This document shows, piece after piece, positions 8,576 through 17,573 of a stretch of 25,190 nucleotides of DNA (within the stretch, counting starts at the first letter, position 1; the number at the start of each line of letters is the position of its first letter). The DNA is from a virus. Its lineage: Duplodnaviria > Caudoviricetes. The stretch covers positions 1-25,190 of IMG/VR virus record IMGVR_UViG_3300006930_000026; one strand, written 5' to 3'. The notes beneath the pieces were generated by a model that was not told the origin of the DNA, did not search any database, and saw only the letters and a list, made by a program, of their open reading frames with translations. A program made the translations under genes and the position numbers.

Positions 8576-8821
8576 TTATTCTTTTGGTGGTTTAGGTCTT
8601 TTCTTATAAATTGTCTCTCCGTATACTTTGATGAAGTCTTCATTCCTGGTCCCGTTAGGATTCCATGCTTGGAGGATATCCCTTTCATGCACCTGCCTAT
8701 CCATCAGGAGTCTTCTTTCGAATTGTCCTGATAGAGAGGTTGGGTTACAATGTTCGCATGATTTCTCTCCATCGATGTATTGGAGCTTACTTACTTCTCG
8801 ACCGCATTTGCATTTGAACAT
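8576..8821 (-). CDS. Small zinc-ribbon protein
   Basis: CKCG...CEHC, then DILQ...NEDFIKVYG. Confidence 0.7.
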   Translation of the reverse strand: MFKCKCGREVSKLQYIDGEKSCEHCNPTSLSGQFERRLLMDRQVHERDILQAWNPNGTRNEDFIKVYGETIYKKRPKPPKE

Positions 8822-9165
8822 GAGCTTTTATATACTTTAATTCCTCTGAATAATAGATGTGGGAGTTTAGGATAGTTCCTTACTCCCATAATATCTCTTA
8901 AGGTATTATCGTATGCATTATAGACTTCTTCATCCATTATTATACAATCCACTTTTCCACTAGATTCTATTATCCTAGCCATTTCACAAATTCCTGGCCA
9001 TCTAGAAAAATGAACAATATTCACCCCTTCTTTTTCTATTGGTTCTTCTTTCTTTTCTAAAGAATTACAAAATCTTATTAGTTCATTAACTTTCTTTACT
9101 ATTTGAATTAATGGTTCTGCTTTTTTTGGATTATTACACCAAATAGTTTTTATTTCCTCTATCAT
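8791..9165 (-). CDS. Hypothetical protein
   Basis: 124 aa, starts immediately after groEL stop. Confidence 0.65.
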   Translation of the reverse strand: MIEEIKTIWCNNPKKAEPLIQIVKKVNELIRFCNSLEKKEEPIEKEGVNIVHFSRWPGICEMARIIESSGKVDCIIMDEEVYNAYDNTLRDIMGVRNYPKLPHLLFRGIKVYKSSCSNANAVEK

Positions 9166-9166
9166 A

Positions 9167-10696
9167 TTATTTCTGTTCTTCTACTTTATAAGCAATAGTT
9201 CCCTTGCTGGTGATGAATGTTGCAGCGAAGGATACGCTGTTCTCTATGGCACACCTTTCGACCTTTGTCGGGTCAATAATACCTCTCTCGATCATGTCGC
9301 AGTATTCGTCCTTGCTAGCGTCATATCCTTGGCCTTCTGGCATGTTCTTGATGATGTCGGTGTAGTCCTTGCCGCAGTTGTTGATGATTGTCTTTAGCGG
9401 AGCCTTGAGAGCTTCCTTGAGAATCTTCTCTCCGATGTCATTGTCTGATAGGGTCTGGCTTACTTTATAAAGGGTCATACCTCCGCCTGCTACTACTCCT
9501 TCTTCCTTGGCTGACCTGACAGCATTGACAGCGTCTTCTACCTTGTAATAAAGATATCTCATTTCTGTCTCTGTGCCTGCTCCGACCGATATGACTGCTA
9601 CTCCTCCATGGAGTCTTGCTATTCGCTTTTCTACTAAGTCGTACTCATTGTCGCTCTTTAGAGTCTTGAGCTGTTCTTTGAGTTCGGCAATCTTCTCTTC
9701 TGTCTTGGCTTTGCCTTTTCCTCCGGTGATTATAGTCTTATCCTTCTCGCAGATTATCTTGTCGGCCTTACCGAGGACATCCATAGTTAGGTCTGCTAGA
9801 TTGAATCCGGTGTCCTTTGATACCATGGTTGCTCCAGTGTATAAGGCGATATCCTCCAGGATTTCGTTCTTCTGGGAAGCTACTTTGATTATCAATCCAT
9901 TGAACATTCCTGTCTGCTTATTTGCAATGAATGTATTGATTACACTTGTATCTGCATCGGTGCAGAATATTACCAATTCCTTAATCGTGGCACAAGCTCT
10001 TTGAATGAAAGGCAATATCTCGGTAATAGTGCTTATCTTGTCCCCTACTACGAAACATGAGACATCCTCATAGATTGCTTTCTGACCGTTATTAGCCATG
10101 TATGGAGAAGCGTATCCTTTTGCTACTTCATATCCTTCGGTTATTTTTGATTCGATGAATGGAAACTTACCTTCTTCTACGCTGATTACTCCGTCTTCTC
10201 CTACTGCTTCGATAGTGTCGCAGATTATCTTTCCTATCTCTTCGCTTTCTGAAGATATTGAAGCGAGGTTAAGAAGCTCATCTTTTCCTTTGACTTCTCG
10301 GCTGATTTCCTTAAGTGATTTTATTGCTTTGATTTTGGCAGCTTCCAGTTTCCTTCTGATTTCCATTGGGTTCTCGCTGTACTTCGAAGCTTCCTCGATC
10401 AAGGCATGTGCTATGACGATTGATGTCGTAGTACCGTCTCCAGCCTGCTCGTTGGTCTTGCTAGCTACTTCCCTGATTACTTCTACCCCTTGATTCTCTA
10501 TCTCATCGTTAAGTTCTATGGCCTTGCAGATTGATACTCCGTCATTGGTAGTGATTGGTACTGAGAACCCCCTATCAAGAGTTATGTTCAATCCTTTCGG
10601 TCCTAGGGTGCTGGATACTAATTGATGGACTGTATCCATTCCTGTCTTCATTCTCTTCTTGTTATCGTCTCCGATTGATATTATTTTCCTGTTCAT
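9167..10696 (-). CDS. groEL: Phage-encoded group I chaperonin GroEL (Cpn60)
   Basis: STLGPKG, TNDGVSI, AGDGTTTS, RIARLHGGVAVI, VEDAVNA, EEGVVAGGG, GIIDPTKV motifs; 509 aa, no GGM tail. Confidence 0.96.
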   Translation of the reverse strand: MNRKIISIGDDNKKRMKTGMDTVHQLVSSTLGPKGLNITLDRGFSVPITTNDGVSICKAIELNDEIENQGVEVIREVASKTNEQAGDGTTTSIVIAHALIEEASKYSENPMEIRRKLEAAKIKAIKSLKEISREVKGKDELLNLASISSESEEIGKIICDTIEAVGEDGVISVEEGKFPFIESKITEGYEVAKGYASPYMANNGQKAIYEDVSCFVVGDKISTITEILPFIQRACATIKELVIFCTDADTSVINTFIANKQTGMFNGLIIKVASQKNEILEDIALYTGATMVSKDTGFNLADLTMDVLGKADKIICEKDKTIITGGKGKAKTEEKIAELKEQLKTLKSDNEYDLVEKRIARLHGGVAVISVGAGTETEMRYLYYKVEDAVNAVRSAKEEGVVAGGGMTLYKVSQTLSDNDIGEKILKEALKAPLKTIINNCGKDYTDIIKNMPEGQGYDASKDEYCDMIERGIIDPTKVERCAIENSVSFAATFITSKGTIAYKVEEQK

Positions 10697-10938
10697 AGTT
10701 TACAGATTAAAGTTTTATAATTAAGGAAGTAGTATTTCTTCCCCTCGATAGAATGCTCGATTGCCTTGTACTTATCGAATATGACTTGATCGCCATTTGC
10801 TACCTCTTTTACTTCATCTCCCACAGATATGACATTACCTGTCATTATCTGGGAGTCGCTCACATGGAATGATACGTTAGTATCTTCCTTTGATTCTATC
10901 TGGACGAATTCAGTTAATGCCTTCATTTTTTTCTTCAT
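10693..10938 (-). CDS. groES: Co-chaperonin GroES (Cpn10), divergent
   Basis: GNVISVG, VANGDQVIFDKY, IEGKKYYFL motifs; ATGA overlap with groEL. Confidence 0.85.
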   Translation of the reverse strand: MKKKMKALTEFVQIESKEDTNVSFHVSDSQIMTGNVISVGDEVKEVANGDQVIFDKYKAIEHSIEGKKYYFLNYKTLICKL

Positions 10939-11161
10939 TAGGTTGATTATTTACTATCTCTTTGAATATCTGTTCCCCGGATTTCTTCCTTTCTACTATG
11001 CTCAAGGCTGGGAATACCCCATTAGGTGTATATTGTAATCCTGGAACGATATCAAGTTCATAAGCATCCATTACTTCTTTAAGCTTATTCAAGAATTCCT
11101 GTATCCTTGGATTTGGTGTGCTTTGGTTTACTTGCTCTGGTGGTTTTATTTCTTCGCTCAT
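10910..11161 (-). CDS. Hypothetical protein
   Basis: 83 aa, coupled overlaps on both sides. Confidence 0.65.
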   Translation of the reverse strand: MSEEIKPPEQVNQSTPNPRIQEFLNKLKEVMDAYELDIVPGLQYTPNGVFPALSIVERKKSGEQIFKEIVNNQPNEEKNEGIN

Positions 11162-11379
11162 TTTATTTTTATATCTTTATCTTGATTATAATAATCTATA
11201 GTCGATTGCTCCTCTTCGGAATTAGCAGGTATAAATCCTTTTTTTATTTTTGGTTGGTATATCTTTTTTAGGCCATGTTCAATTTTATGGTTATCCCTTA
11301 TAAACAGCAAAACAAGGGTTGATATTCCAACCCCTGAGATTATCCCTAGTAAAAATGCGAATGTTATTTCGATAATCAT
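11158..11379 (-). CDS. Single-pass membrane protein
   Basis: N-terminal hydrophobic helix ITFAFLLGIISGVGISTLVLLFI. Confidence 0.65.
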   Translation of the reverse strand: MIIEITFAFLLGIISGVGISTLVLLFIRDNHKIEHGLKKIYQPKIKKGFIPANSEEEQSTIDYYNQDKDIKIK

Positions 11380-11412
11380 ATTGCTTTGATTAATTATACT
11401 ACTTTTTTTTAA

Positions 11413-11604
11413 TCATTTCAAGTCAATTAGATTGGCTATCGTTATGCATATTGATAGGATTAATAGAAGTATTATTATAAATATTAAGTGTATCCATATT
11501 GGTGCTAGTACCCACAACCATGGCCAGTCTATTATCCCTGTAAGCTTACATATCACGAAGCATACTGTCATTGTAGATGATATGATATATTCGTTAAATT
11601 CCAT
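11413..11604 (-). CDS. Small two-helix membrane protein of a common phage type
   Basis: KLTGIIDWPWLWVLAPIWI motif. Confidence 0.7.
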   Translation of the reverse strand: MEFNEYIISSTMTVCFVICKLTGIIDWPWLWVLAPIWIHLIFIIILLLILSICITIANLIDLK

Positions 11605-11608
11605 CTGT

Positions 11609-12028
11609 TTACATATTAACTATTAATCTTTCGACCTTTCTTAACTCAATATTCAATCCTTTGAATTCTTGTTTCTTCTTTTCTGGAATTTCTTTGTTAT
11701 ATACATATTCGTAATCACTTTCGATTCTAGCAATCTTCTGGCTATATTCCCTTATCAGTCGGTTCCTCCTTCGATATGCCACTATCTGGTCATGGATGTA
11801 CTGTTGATGTTGTTTCTTCTGTCTTTGTGGTGATAACCTATTCCACCTATCATCTGCTCTTCTGGTTGATCTGTTTCTTGGGTCGTCTTTATCATTATAC
11901 TTTATCTCGATATAAGGAGTGGGGTCTTTCTTGTAATTTACAGGAATCAGGAATATATCTTTCAAATTCCCGAACCTGTCTGTCACTGTCATCTTTACTT
12001 TTCTTGATTCCATTTGTTTTGTCTCCAT
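11609..12028 (-). CDS. Basic hypothetical protein
   Basis: 139 aa Arg/Lys-rich ORF in operon. Confidence 0.6.
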   Translation of the reverse strand: METKQMESRKVKMTVTDRFGNLKDIFLIPVNYKKDPTPYIEIKYNDKDDPRNRSTRRADDRWNRLSPQRQKKQHQQYIHDQIVAYRRRNRLIREYSQKIARIESDYEYVYNKEIPEKKKQEFKGLNIELRKVERLIVNM

Positions 12029-12258
12029 TTTTCTATAAATAAATTAATTGCTCCTATTATTACTACTACTACCATTGCCAATAATGTGATTGTAGTTATG
12101 GCAAATAATGACAAAATAGCTATATTAAATATCCAGTCTGCCGACCCCCATGGGATTATATACGATTCCCCATTACAGATATTATGCACTATATCGTTTC
12201 CTATGTTGGATACTTTCTGGATACAGTCCTTGGTTATTTCAATATTCTCTATGTTCAT
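11995..12258 (-). CDS. Membrane protein
   Basis: C-terminal hydrophobic segment; ATGA overlap with rep gene. Confidence 0.6.
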   Translation of the reverse strand: MNIENIEITKDCIQKVSNIGNDIVHNICNGESYIIPWGSADWIFNIAILSLFAITTITLLAMVVVVIIGAINLFIEKWRQNKWNQEK

Positions 12259-12935
12259 ACTTTTTCGTAAATTGGTTGCTTATAAATAGTCCCCTCTTTA
12301 GATATGTCCTTGAATCCGATGATCCTTCTTTCTTCTTTCTCATCGATGTACTTCAGGACTGTCTCGAGGGTAAATTTCTTAATGTATTCCAGTTTTTCCA
12401 GCTTCTTGATGGTCTTTATTATCTTTTCGTCACTATACCCCTCTAATAGGCTCGCTGGCTTGTAATGTCTCTTTTTAAGCGATTCATATATGGTCTTGGT
12501 CGGTATCGCTATTCCTTTCTCTCGAGCGAATATTCCTATTATGTGGATAGGTCTTTCATTGCTACCTATCATGTATTCTATGTAAGAAACTGGCTGTTTT
12601 TCCTCTGTGTCTCCTGTGTACTGTCTTATCAGTTCTTCTGTCTTCTCCAGGTTGACCCTGAAGTGGACTGTACATGGATGACCCATCCTTATGCTTTCTA
12701 ATACTCCTAATTTATTCCCTATCTTTCTGGCTGTCTCTTGTTCTCTTCTTGTCAGTCCCGTTTCCTCGAACACTTCCTCTCTTGTCTTGTGGATCCATCC
12801 TTCTTCATTCCTAGTCCTTGTTGACCAGTAGAAGAATTGTGACCACATTATAGCGAGGTTAGTCGAGCCGAATGCCTTCGCTATTATTGGGTGATAAGCT
12901 ATCGGCCTTTTTAATAGTTCTATTAGGATACTCAT
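12255..12935 (-). CDS. Phage replication initiator (N-terminal winged HTH, replisome-organiser type)
   Basis: RPIAYHP...SQFFYW...GWIHKT...EETGLTRREQETARK...HFRVN pattern of phage Rep N-domains. Confidence 0.75.
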   Translation of the reverse strand: MSILIELLKRPIAYHPIIAKAFGSTNLAIMWSQFFYWSTRTRNEEGWIHKTREEVFEETGLTRREQETARKIGNKLGVLESIRMGHPCTVHFRVNLEKTEELIRQYTGDTEEKQPVSYIEYMIGSNERPIHIIGIFAREKGIAIPTKTIYESLKKRHYKPASLLEGYSDEKIIKTIKKLEKLEYIKKFTLETVLKYIDEKEERRIIGFKDISKEGTIYKQPIYEKV

Positions 12936-12936
12936 G

Positions 12937-13395
12937 TTATTCTTCTAAGGCTTGCTCATATGGTTCTGGGATATATAATCCGTACTCACAAACATTCCCC
13001 GGAATATTAGCCCACATTCTTGCCCTACTACACATTGCTGCGAAGTCTCCACTAGACATATTGCTTGTGTTTCCAGCAACTTTTGTACCATCTGGCATTT
13101 CCTTGAAATTACCGATATTGATTTGGATCCACTGATGTATCCTATCATAAGCTTCTTCCCCTATCTCTCCTAATTCATCGGCAATACTTCCTACTATGAA
13201 CTTCCAATAGTAACCATTGAAATTAGTTTTTTCTCCTGGCTGTTTTGAAGTTCTCCTATTAAACTTCTTCCTCGGGCTTACCTCTATTTCTGTCCCTTCA
13301 GGAAAGCCTAGCAAGTAATTCCTTAATCTCATCGGGTCCTGGTATACTAATCCCCCGCTCCTCACTGATGCGTAGAATACCGGTTTTATCTTCAT
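12937..13395 (-). CDS. NinB/Orf-like recombination accessory protein
   Basis: RT-x-KQ...NGYYW, IHQW, TSNMSSGDF, WA...GLYIPEP; start moved to MKIKPV at 13395. Confidence 0.65.
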   Translation of the reverse strand: MKIKPVFYASVRSGGLVYQDPMRLRNYLLGFPEGTEIEVSPRKKFNRRTSKQPGEKTNFNGYYWKFIVGSIADELGEIGEEAYDRIHQWIQINIGNFKEMPDGTKVAGNTSNMSSGDFAAMCSRARMWANIPGNVCEYGLYIPEPYEQALEE

Positions 13396-13720
13396 TTTTA
13401 AGATTATATAACACTCTTCTAAATTCTCCACCCCAATCGACCTTTGGGTATTTGATTAAATCTTCAGGAGTGGCTCTCATTAATGATATCAGCTGATTGA
13501 TGTTCTTATTCAATCCTCCCCGTCCGAAGTATATTCCTAGTCCATGGTGGAACTCACATATAGGTATTATGGCCCACTTCTCGTTTATCTGTCTTCCTGC
13601 ATATATCCAGCAATGTTCCCATGTTATTATTCCTTGGCACTTTCCGTCACAGATTGCGCACTTCTCATAATAAGGATCTACGGACATCTCTCGCTTCATC
13701 TTTTCAGGTATCGGCCTCAT
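13298..13720 (-). CDS. Zinc-binding HNH/Ref-like nuclease
   Basis: CAIC...WEH...IPICEFHH. Confidence 0.65.
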   Translation of the reverse strand: MRPIPEKMKREMSVDPYYEKCAICDGKCQGIITWEHCWIYAGRQINEKWAIIPICEFHHGLGIYFGRGGLNKNINQLISLMRATPEDLIKYPKVDWGGEFRRVLYNLKNEDKTGILRISEERGISIPGPDEIKELLARLS

Positions 13721-13920
13721 CTTAATGGCAACTTCTCGGTCTGAGGCTTATTTGTTTCCTTCTGCTTCACTATCTTCACCGCATATTTTACATCCTTGAC
13801 CGTTTTCTCATTGAGGCCTAGGATCTCTTTAGCTTTCTGAATTGCCTCTACACTATCAGCTGCGAATGTTTCGACTTCTTGGATAGAAGTTATCTTGATA
13901 TAAAAGTGTTTTTCGTTCAT
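13717..13920 (-). CDS. Hypothetical protein
   Basis: 67 aa with ATGA overlaps at both ends. Confidence 0.65.
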   Translation of the reverse strand: MNEKHFYIKITSIQEVETFAADSVEAIQKAKEILGLNEKTVKDVKYAVKIVKQKETNKPQTEKLPLR

Positions 13921-14474
13921 ATTAAATTATTAATTAATTCTTCTATTCCTATCCATGCATCTTTTACCTTTGGATAAAGCTTTATAAAATCTTTTAAGGA
14001 CCTTGTAGTCTCAAATACATGTAATCCTCCAGTAAGTCCGCTATCGTCTCTAGGAAGCCAGTATAGCCATATTTTCTTAGGTAAATTTCCAGTAAGTAAC
14101 CATACAGCTAGAGCATAGAAAGTAAGTTGCTCATCTTTATCTACTTTTGCCTGAGTCCATGCAGTCTTTCCTGTCTTGTATTCATGAATAATAGGATCTT
14201 CGTCATATCCGTCAAGAATTGAGTAAATTGGTATTCCTTCCCAATCTACCAGTATCTTTTTTTCTCTCTCTAATGGCTTAGGTATGATATTTTTAGCAAG
14301 AGAGAAGAATTTTATATCGCTCTTCTCCTCTTTGCTTTCCATGAATTCTGCAAACTTCTTTCCTAGTCTTATTCCTGGATTATCTATTTTGAATCCATCA
14401 ATGTATATCCGCTTGTACTGGCCTGACCTATAAGCCTTATACTGAGAATATGATAGATATGGTTTTATTCGCAT
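13917..14474 (-). CDS. PD-(D/E)XK nuclease (RecB-like exonuclease)
   Basis: LSYSQ, ILDG, EYKTG, QLTFYA motifs; adjacent to ERF. Confidence 0.85.
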   Translation of the reverse strand: MRIKPYLSYSQYKAYRSGQYKRIYIDGFKIDNPGIRLGKKFAEFMESKEEKSDIKFFSLAKNIIPKPLEREKKILVDWEGIPIYSILDGYDEDPIIHEYKTGKTAWTQAKVDKDEQLTFYALAVWLLTGNLPKKIWLYWLPRDDSGLTGGLHVFETTRSLKDFIKLYPKVKDAWIGIEELINNLI

Positions 14475-15115
14475 ATCTCTTTCCTTCTTTCCTCTATTGT
14501 CCTTCTGATTACATTCCTTTGAGTTTCTGTATACCCTCTAGCTTCATCTATCCAATCCCAGAACTCATCTAGCTTACTTTCAGTCTTGGCTTTCTTTATA
14601 GTTTCGCATATCTCCAGGACTGTCTTTCCTCCCTTTTTTTCTTTGGTTGGCTGATTGTCTGGATCTATTGTATTTTCTGCTATATTAAAGAGATTCATTA
14701 ACATGTACCTCTTAGCATATGTCATAGTTCCTCCTGCATCTTGAATATCTGTAGCTCCTTGAATCTCTGCTTCAGGATAAATTGCAATAAAATTTCTCTT
14801 TTCCTTACTTTCATTGTCTATAACTTCTAGTCTACACTTGTAATCTTTGACTGTCTTTATTGTAGTCTTCTCTCTCTCTTTCTCTTTTTCTATAATGGTC
14901 TTTTCGTGAGTACCGCATGGAAGATGATGGAAGTATACAGTTATGCGATACTTTTTATAGAGAGGATTCAGAGCATTATTTATTTGTCCTGGCTGAAAAT
15001 ACTCGAATCCTTTGAAATTGTTTTTACCATCCTTCTGAGATAAATCAATATCATTACAAATTTCAACTATCTTCTCATCTATTGAAAGCATTGTAACCTT
15101 TTTTTCTTCTGCCAT
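14465..15115 (-). CDS. erf: ERF-family single-strand annealing protein
   Basis: QDAGGTMTYAKRYMLMNLFNI...DPD signature. Confidence 0.88.
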   Translation of the reverse strand: MAEEKKVTMLSIDEKIVEICNDIDLSQKDGKNNFKGFEYFQPGQINNALNPLYKKYRITVYFHHLPCGTHEKTIIEKEKEREKTTIKTVKDYKCRLEVIDNESKEKRNFIAIYPEAEIQGATDIQDAGGTMTYAKRYMLMNLFNIAENTIDPDNQPTKEKKGGKTVLEICETIKKAKTESKLDEFWDWIDEARGYTETQRNVIRRTIEERRKEICE

Positions 15116-15116
15116 A

Positions 15117-15707
15117 TTATTTGAATGTATTAACCACTATTTCTTCTTCTACTAATCTGCAACCAGCGACCTTGTATCCCGATTTCAGGGCTTCTTTAAT
15201 CTTTGATTCGTCTGGTACTAGGAAGTCTCTAGGAATAGCTACTAGATCATCTATTACCAATTTCTGGACTTTCCTCGTAGGTATAGCAGCAATCTTTTCC
15301 TCTACTCTTCCTACTGATTTTGTCGCTGTCTCAAAGCTTTCTCCTGATTCTATTCTTTTCTGGGCTTCAGCTTCCCTCTTTTTAGCTTCCTCTTGGAGTT
15401 TCTGATTGTATTTTAGGACTGACCCCTTCAGATATGTCTCGACTGTTGCTATCCTATCTTCGACCGGAGCAAAAACTGCCCTTGCATTCTTAAGTGCTTC
15501 ATTAAGAGGTTTAACTATGCTATCCTTTTGCTCCTGAACAAAATTCTTATATTCCTTTAGAGACTTAAGCATCTCCCCTGCCTTTTCGAATGTAGGCTGA
15601 CTATTTACTTTGAATCTGCAACTATCTTCTAGCTGGGTTGTCTTTTCTTCTGCTAATTCTATTGCCTGTTTCAATTCTACTTTCTTGGTTTCTTCTTTTT
15701 TTGCCAT
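15117..15707 (-). CDS. Gp157-like coiled-coil protein
   Basis: Long coiled coil ending IPRDFLVPDESKIKEALKSGYKVAGCRLVEE; next to ERF. Confidence 0.7.
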   Translation of the reverse strand: MAKKEETKKVELKQAIELAEEKTTQLEDSCRFKVNSQPTFEKAGEMLKSLKEYKNFVQEQKDSIVKPLNEALKNARAVFAPVEDRIATVETYLKGSVLKYNQKLQEEAKKREAEAQKRIESGESFETATKSVGRVEEKIAAIPTRKVQKLVIDDLVAIPRDFLVPDESKIKEALKSGYKVAGCRLVEEEIVVNTFK

Positions 15708-15723
15708 TTTATTTTTATTGTTA

Positions 15724-16059
15724 TTATTTATCTTCGCCGACCCCTAATTGTAATATCTTTGTGTCATTCTTGACTTCGAATACTTTTCCATGGTCTCTCG
15801 TGAAGACCTCTGTCTTCTTGCTTGCAAAATACTTTTTATTTTCGTATATGTATGCTAATACATCGTACTTCTTAGTATTTACTAGCTTGCTCAACTCCTT
15901 GTTAAGATCCGAATCGTCTTCTACAATCTTTACTCTGAACTTATTGTTAACGAGTAGATCATAGTCAGCATTGGGGGTTTCGTATTCCATGTCCCTGATA
16001 GTATACCCTCTTGGCCACAATCCATCTTTGATCTTATTTTTTATTTCTTTCTTGTTCAT
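15724..16059 (-). CDS. Hypothetical protein
   Basis: 111 aa ORF in operon. Confidence 0.65.
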   Translation of the reverse strand: MNKKEIKNKIKDGLWPRGYTIRDMEYETPNADYDLLVNNKFRVKIVEDDSDLNKELSKLVNTKKYDVLAYIYENKKYFASKKTEVFTRDHGKVFEVKNDTKILQLGVGEDK

Positions 16060-16073
16060 GCTCTTATCTTACT

Positions 16074-17573
16074 TTATCTTACATAATTTGTCAACTCTGA
16101 TATTTTCTTCATTACTTCTTTTTCCATAGAATTATCCTTGACTTCAACCACCTTTCCATCAAGTACCTGATCGGATATATCCTGCTTCTGGCTAAGGATA
16201 TCAAATATGTATTTCTCGATGGTGTCGTTACAAATATAGTAATAAATGAATACAGTGTCTTTTTGACCTATTCTATGAGCCCTATCCTCGGCCTGTCGAT
16301 GTTCTCCTGGAGACCATACCATGTCAGCAAATATCACTATTGCCGACTCAGTAAGGGTCAATCCTACTCCGCCGGCTTTGATGTTGGCGATGAATACCTT
16401 TGTCTCATCGTCTCCCTGGAACGAATCGACTGCTTGCTGTCTTTCTTCTTGGGTGTTCTCCCCCGTAAGTGATACGCACTTGATTCCTTCTTTCTCAATC
16501 AGTGCTTTTATAGTCCTAATGGTTTCAGTGTATTGGCTAAATATTATCACTTTCTTTTCTTGGTCTACCATATTGAGAGTATCTTCAGCTATTATTGATG
16601 TCTTAGAAAGACTGCATACCTGCTTCAGCTTATTGATCTCTATCAATTGTCTGGCATCGACTATATTGTCTATATTGTCATTGTTCTTGACTATATCTAA
16701 ATAACTATCCCAAGCGTTTTCGTATTCTTTCTTTTGTGCTGGAGTTAGTTCTATCTCTCGGACTTCTCTTATCTTCGGAGGTAGGTCAAGAATATCTTTT
16801 TTCCTTCTGATTATCCATCCCTCAAGTTCTTTTCTTAATTGATCGAGATTCTTTGCCCCTTTATAATCAGGAAATCTGAAATTGATAGGGAACTTATGTT
16901 CGTTACCATAATACTTGTAATAACTATCCTGACTGACTGTAAATTTCTTACCTGTCCTAGTATCGGTGATGTTGTACATCCATATCATATCGCAGTATTT
17001 TTTTGCGAATGTCATCTGATTTGCTCCGAGGGGATGACCGATTGCCTTTAATAAATTGAACATCTCAATTGGTTTATTCAATATTGGTGTTCCTGTAAGG
17101 GCATATATCGTGTCTACAGCCTTGCATAGACCTTTGAATGAGACTATACCTGATTTCTTCTTTGCTCTCCCTCCAATGACCGCTTTTGTCCTTATGGTGT
17201 TACCTTTGATGTAGTGGGCTTCGTCCAGAATAATAGAATCAAAGTCTATTTTCAATAATTCTTCGTAATGCTTCTCGAGAATGTCATAGTTTATTATATT
17301 CCACTTGCATTTGATTGGTCCATCTCTAATGATGTTAATTTCATCTTCTGGATATATTGATTCAATTTCTCTTTTCCAGTTTATCTTTAATGATGCTGGG
17401 CATATTATCAGAATTCTTTCTGATCCGCTTTCTCTGGAGGATACGATAGCTTGGAGAGTCTTACCTAGACCCATATCATCGGCCAAAATAAACCGTTGGT
17501 ATCCTACTGGGTTCTTTCCTGTTAAAAATATTACACCCTCTTCTTGATGCTTAAATAATTTTGGTCTTGTCAT
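16074..17573 (-). CDS. SNF2-family (SF2) helicase/ATPase
   Basis: LADDMGLGKT, DEAHYIK, LTGTP, IIFSQY, GGVGLTLT, QAEDRAHRIGQ; likely start MTRPKLFKHQ at 17573. Confidence 0.93.
   Translation of the reverse strand: MTRPKLFKHQEEGVIFLTGKNPVGYQRFILADDMGLGKTLQAIVSSRESGSERILIICPASLKINWKREIESIYPEDEINIIRDGPIKCKWNIINYDILEKHYEELLKIDFDSIILDEAHYIKGNTIRTKAVIGGRAKKKSGIVSFKGLCKAVDTIYALTGTPILNKPIEMFNLLKAIGHPLGANQMTFAKKYCDMIWMYNITDTRTGKKFTVSQDSYYKYYGNEHKFPINFRFPDYKGAKNLDQLRKELEGWIIRRKKDILDLPPKIREVREIELTPAQKKEYENAWDSYLDIVKNNDNIDNIVDARQLIEINKLKQVCSLSKTSIIAEDTLNMVDQEKKVIIFSQYTETIRTIKALIEKEGIKCVSLTGENTQEERQQAVDSFQGDDETKVFIANIKAGGVGLTLTESAIVIFADMVWSPGEHRQAEDRAHRIGQKDTVFIYYYICNDTIEKYIFDILSQKQDISDQVLDGKVVEVKDNSMEKEVMKKISELTNYVR

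Noticed and set aside
8554-8688. N-terminal extension of the Acb2/Tad1-like ORF
   Set aside because: Overlaps the zinc-ribbon gene; ATG at 8553 has the typical A-rich context and gives the expected family size
9167-10938. groESL as flanking host chromosome
   Set aside because: Translationally coupled to phage genes on both sides, same strand, and divergent from typical cellular GroEL/GroES
16860-16995. Intein or intron in the helicase
   Set aside because: Too short, no HN-C/S/T splice motif, reading frame uninterrupted
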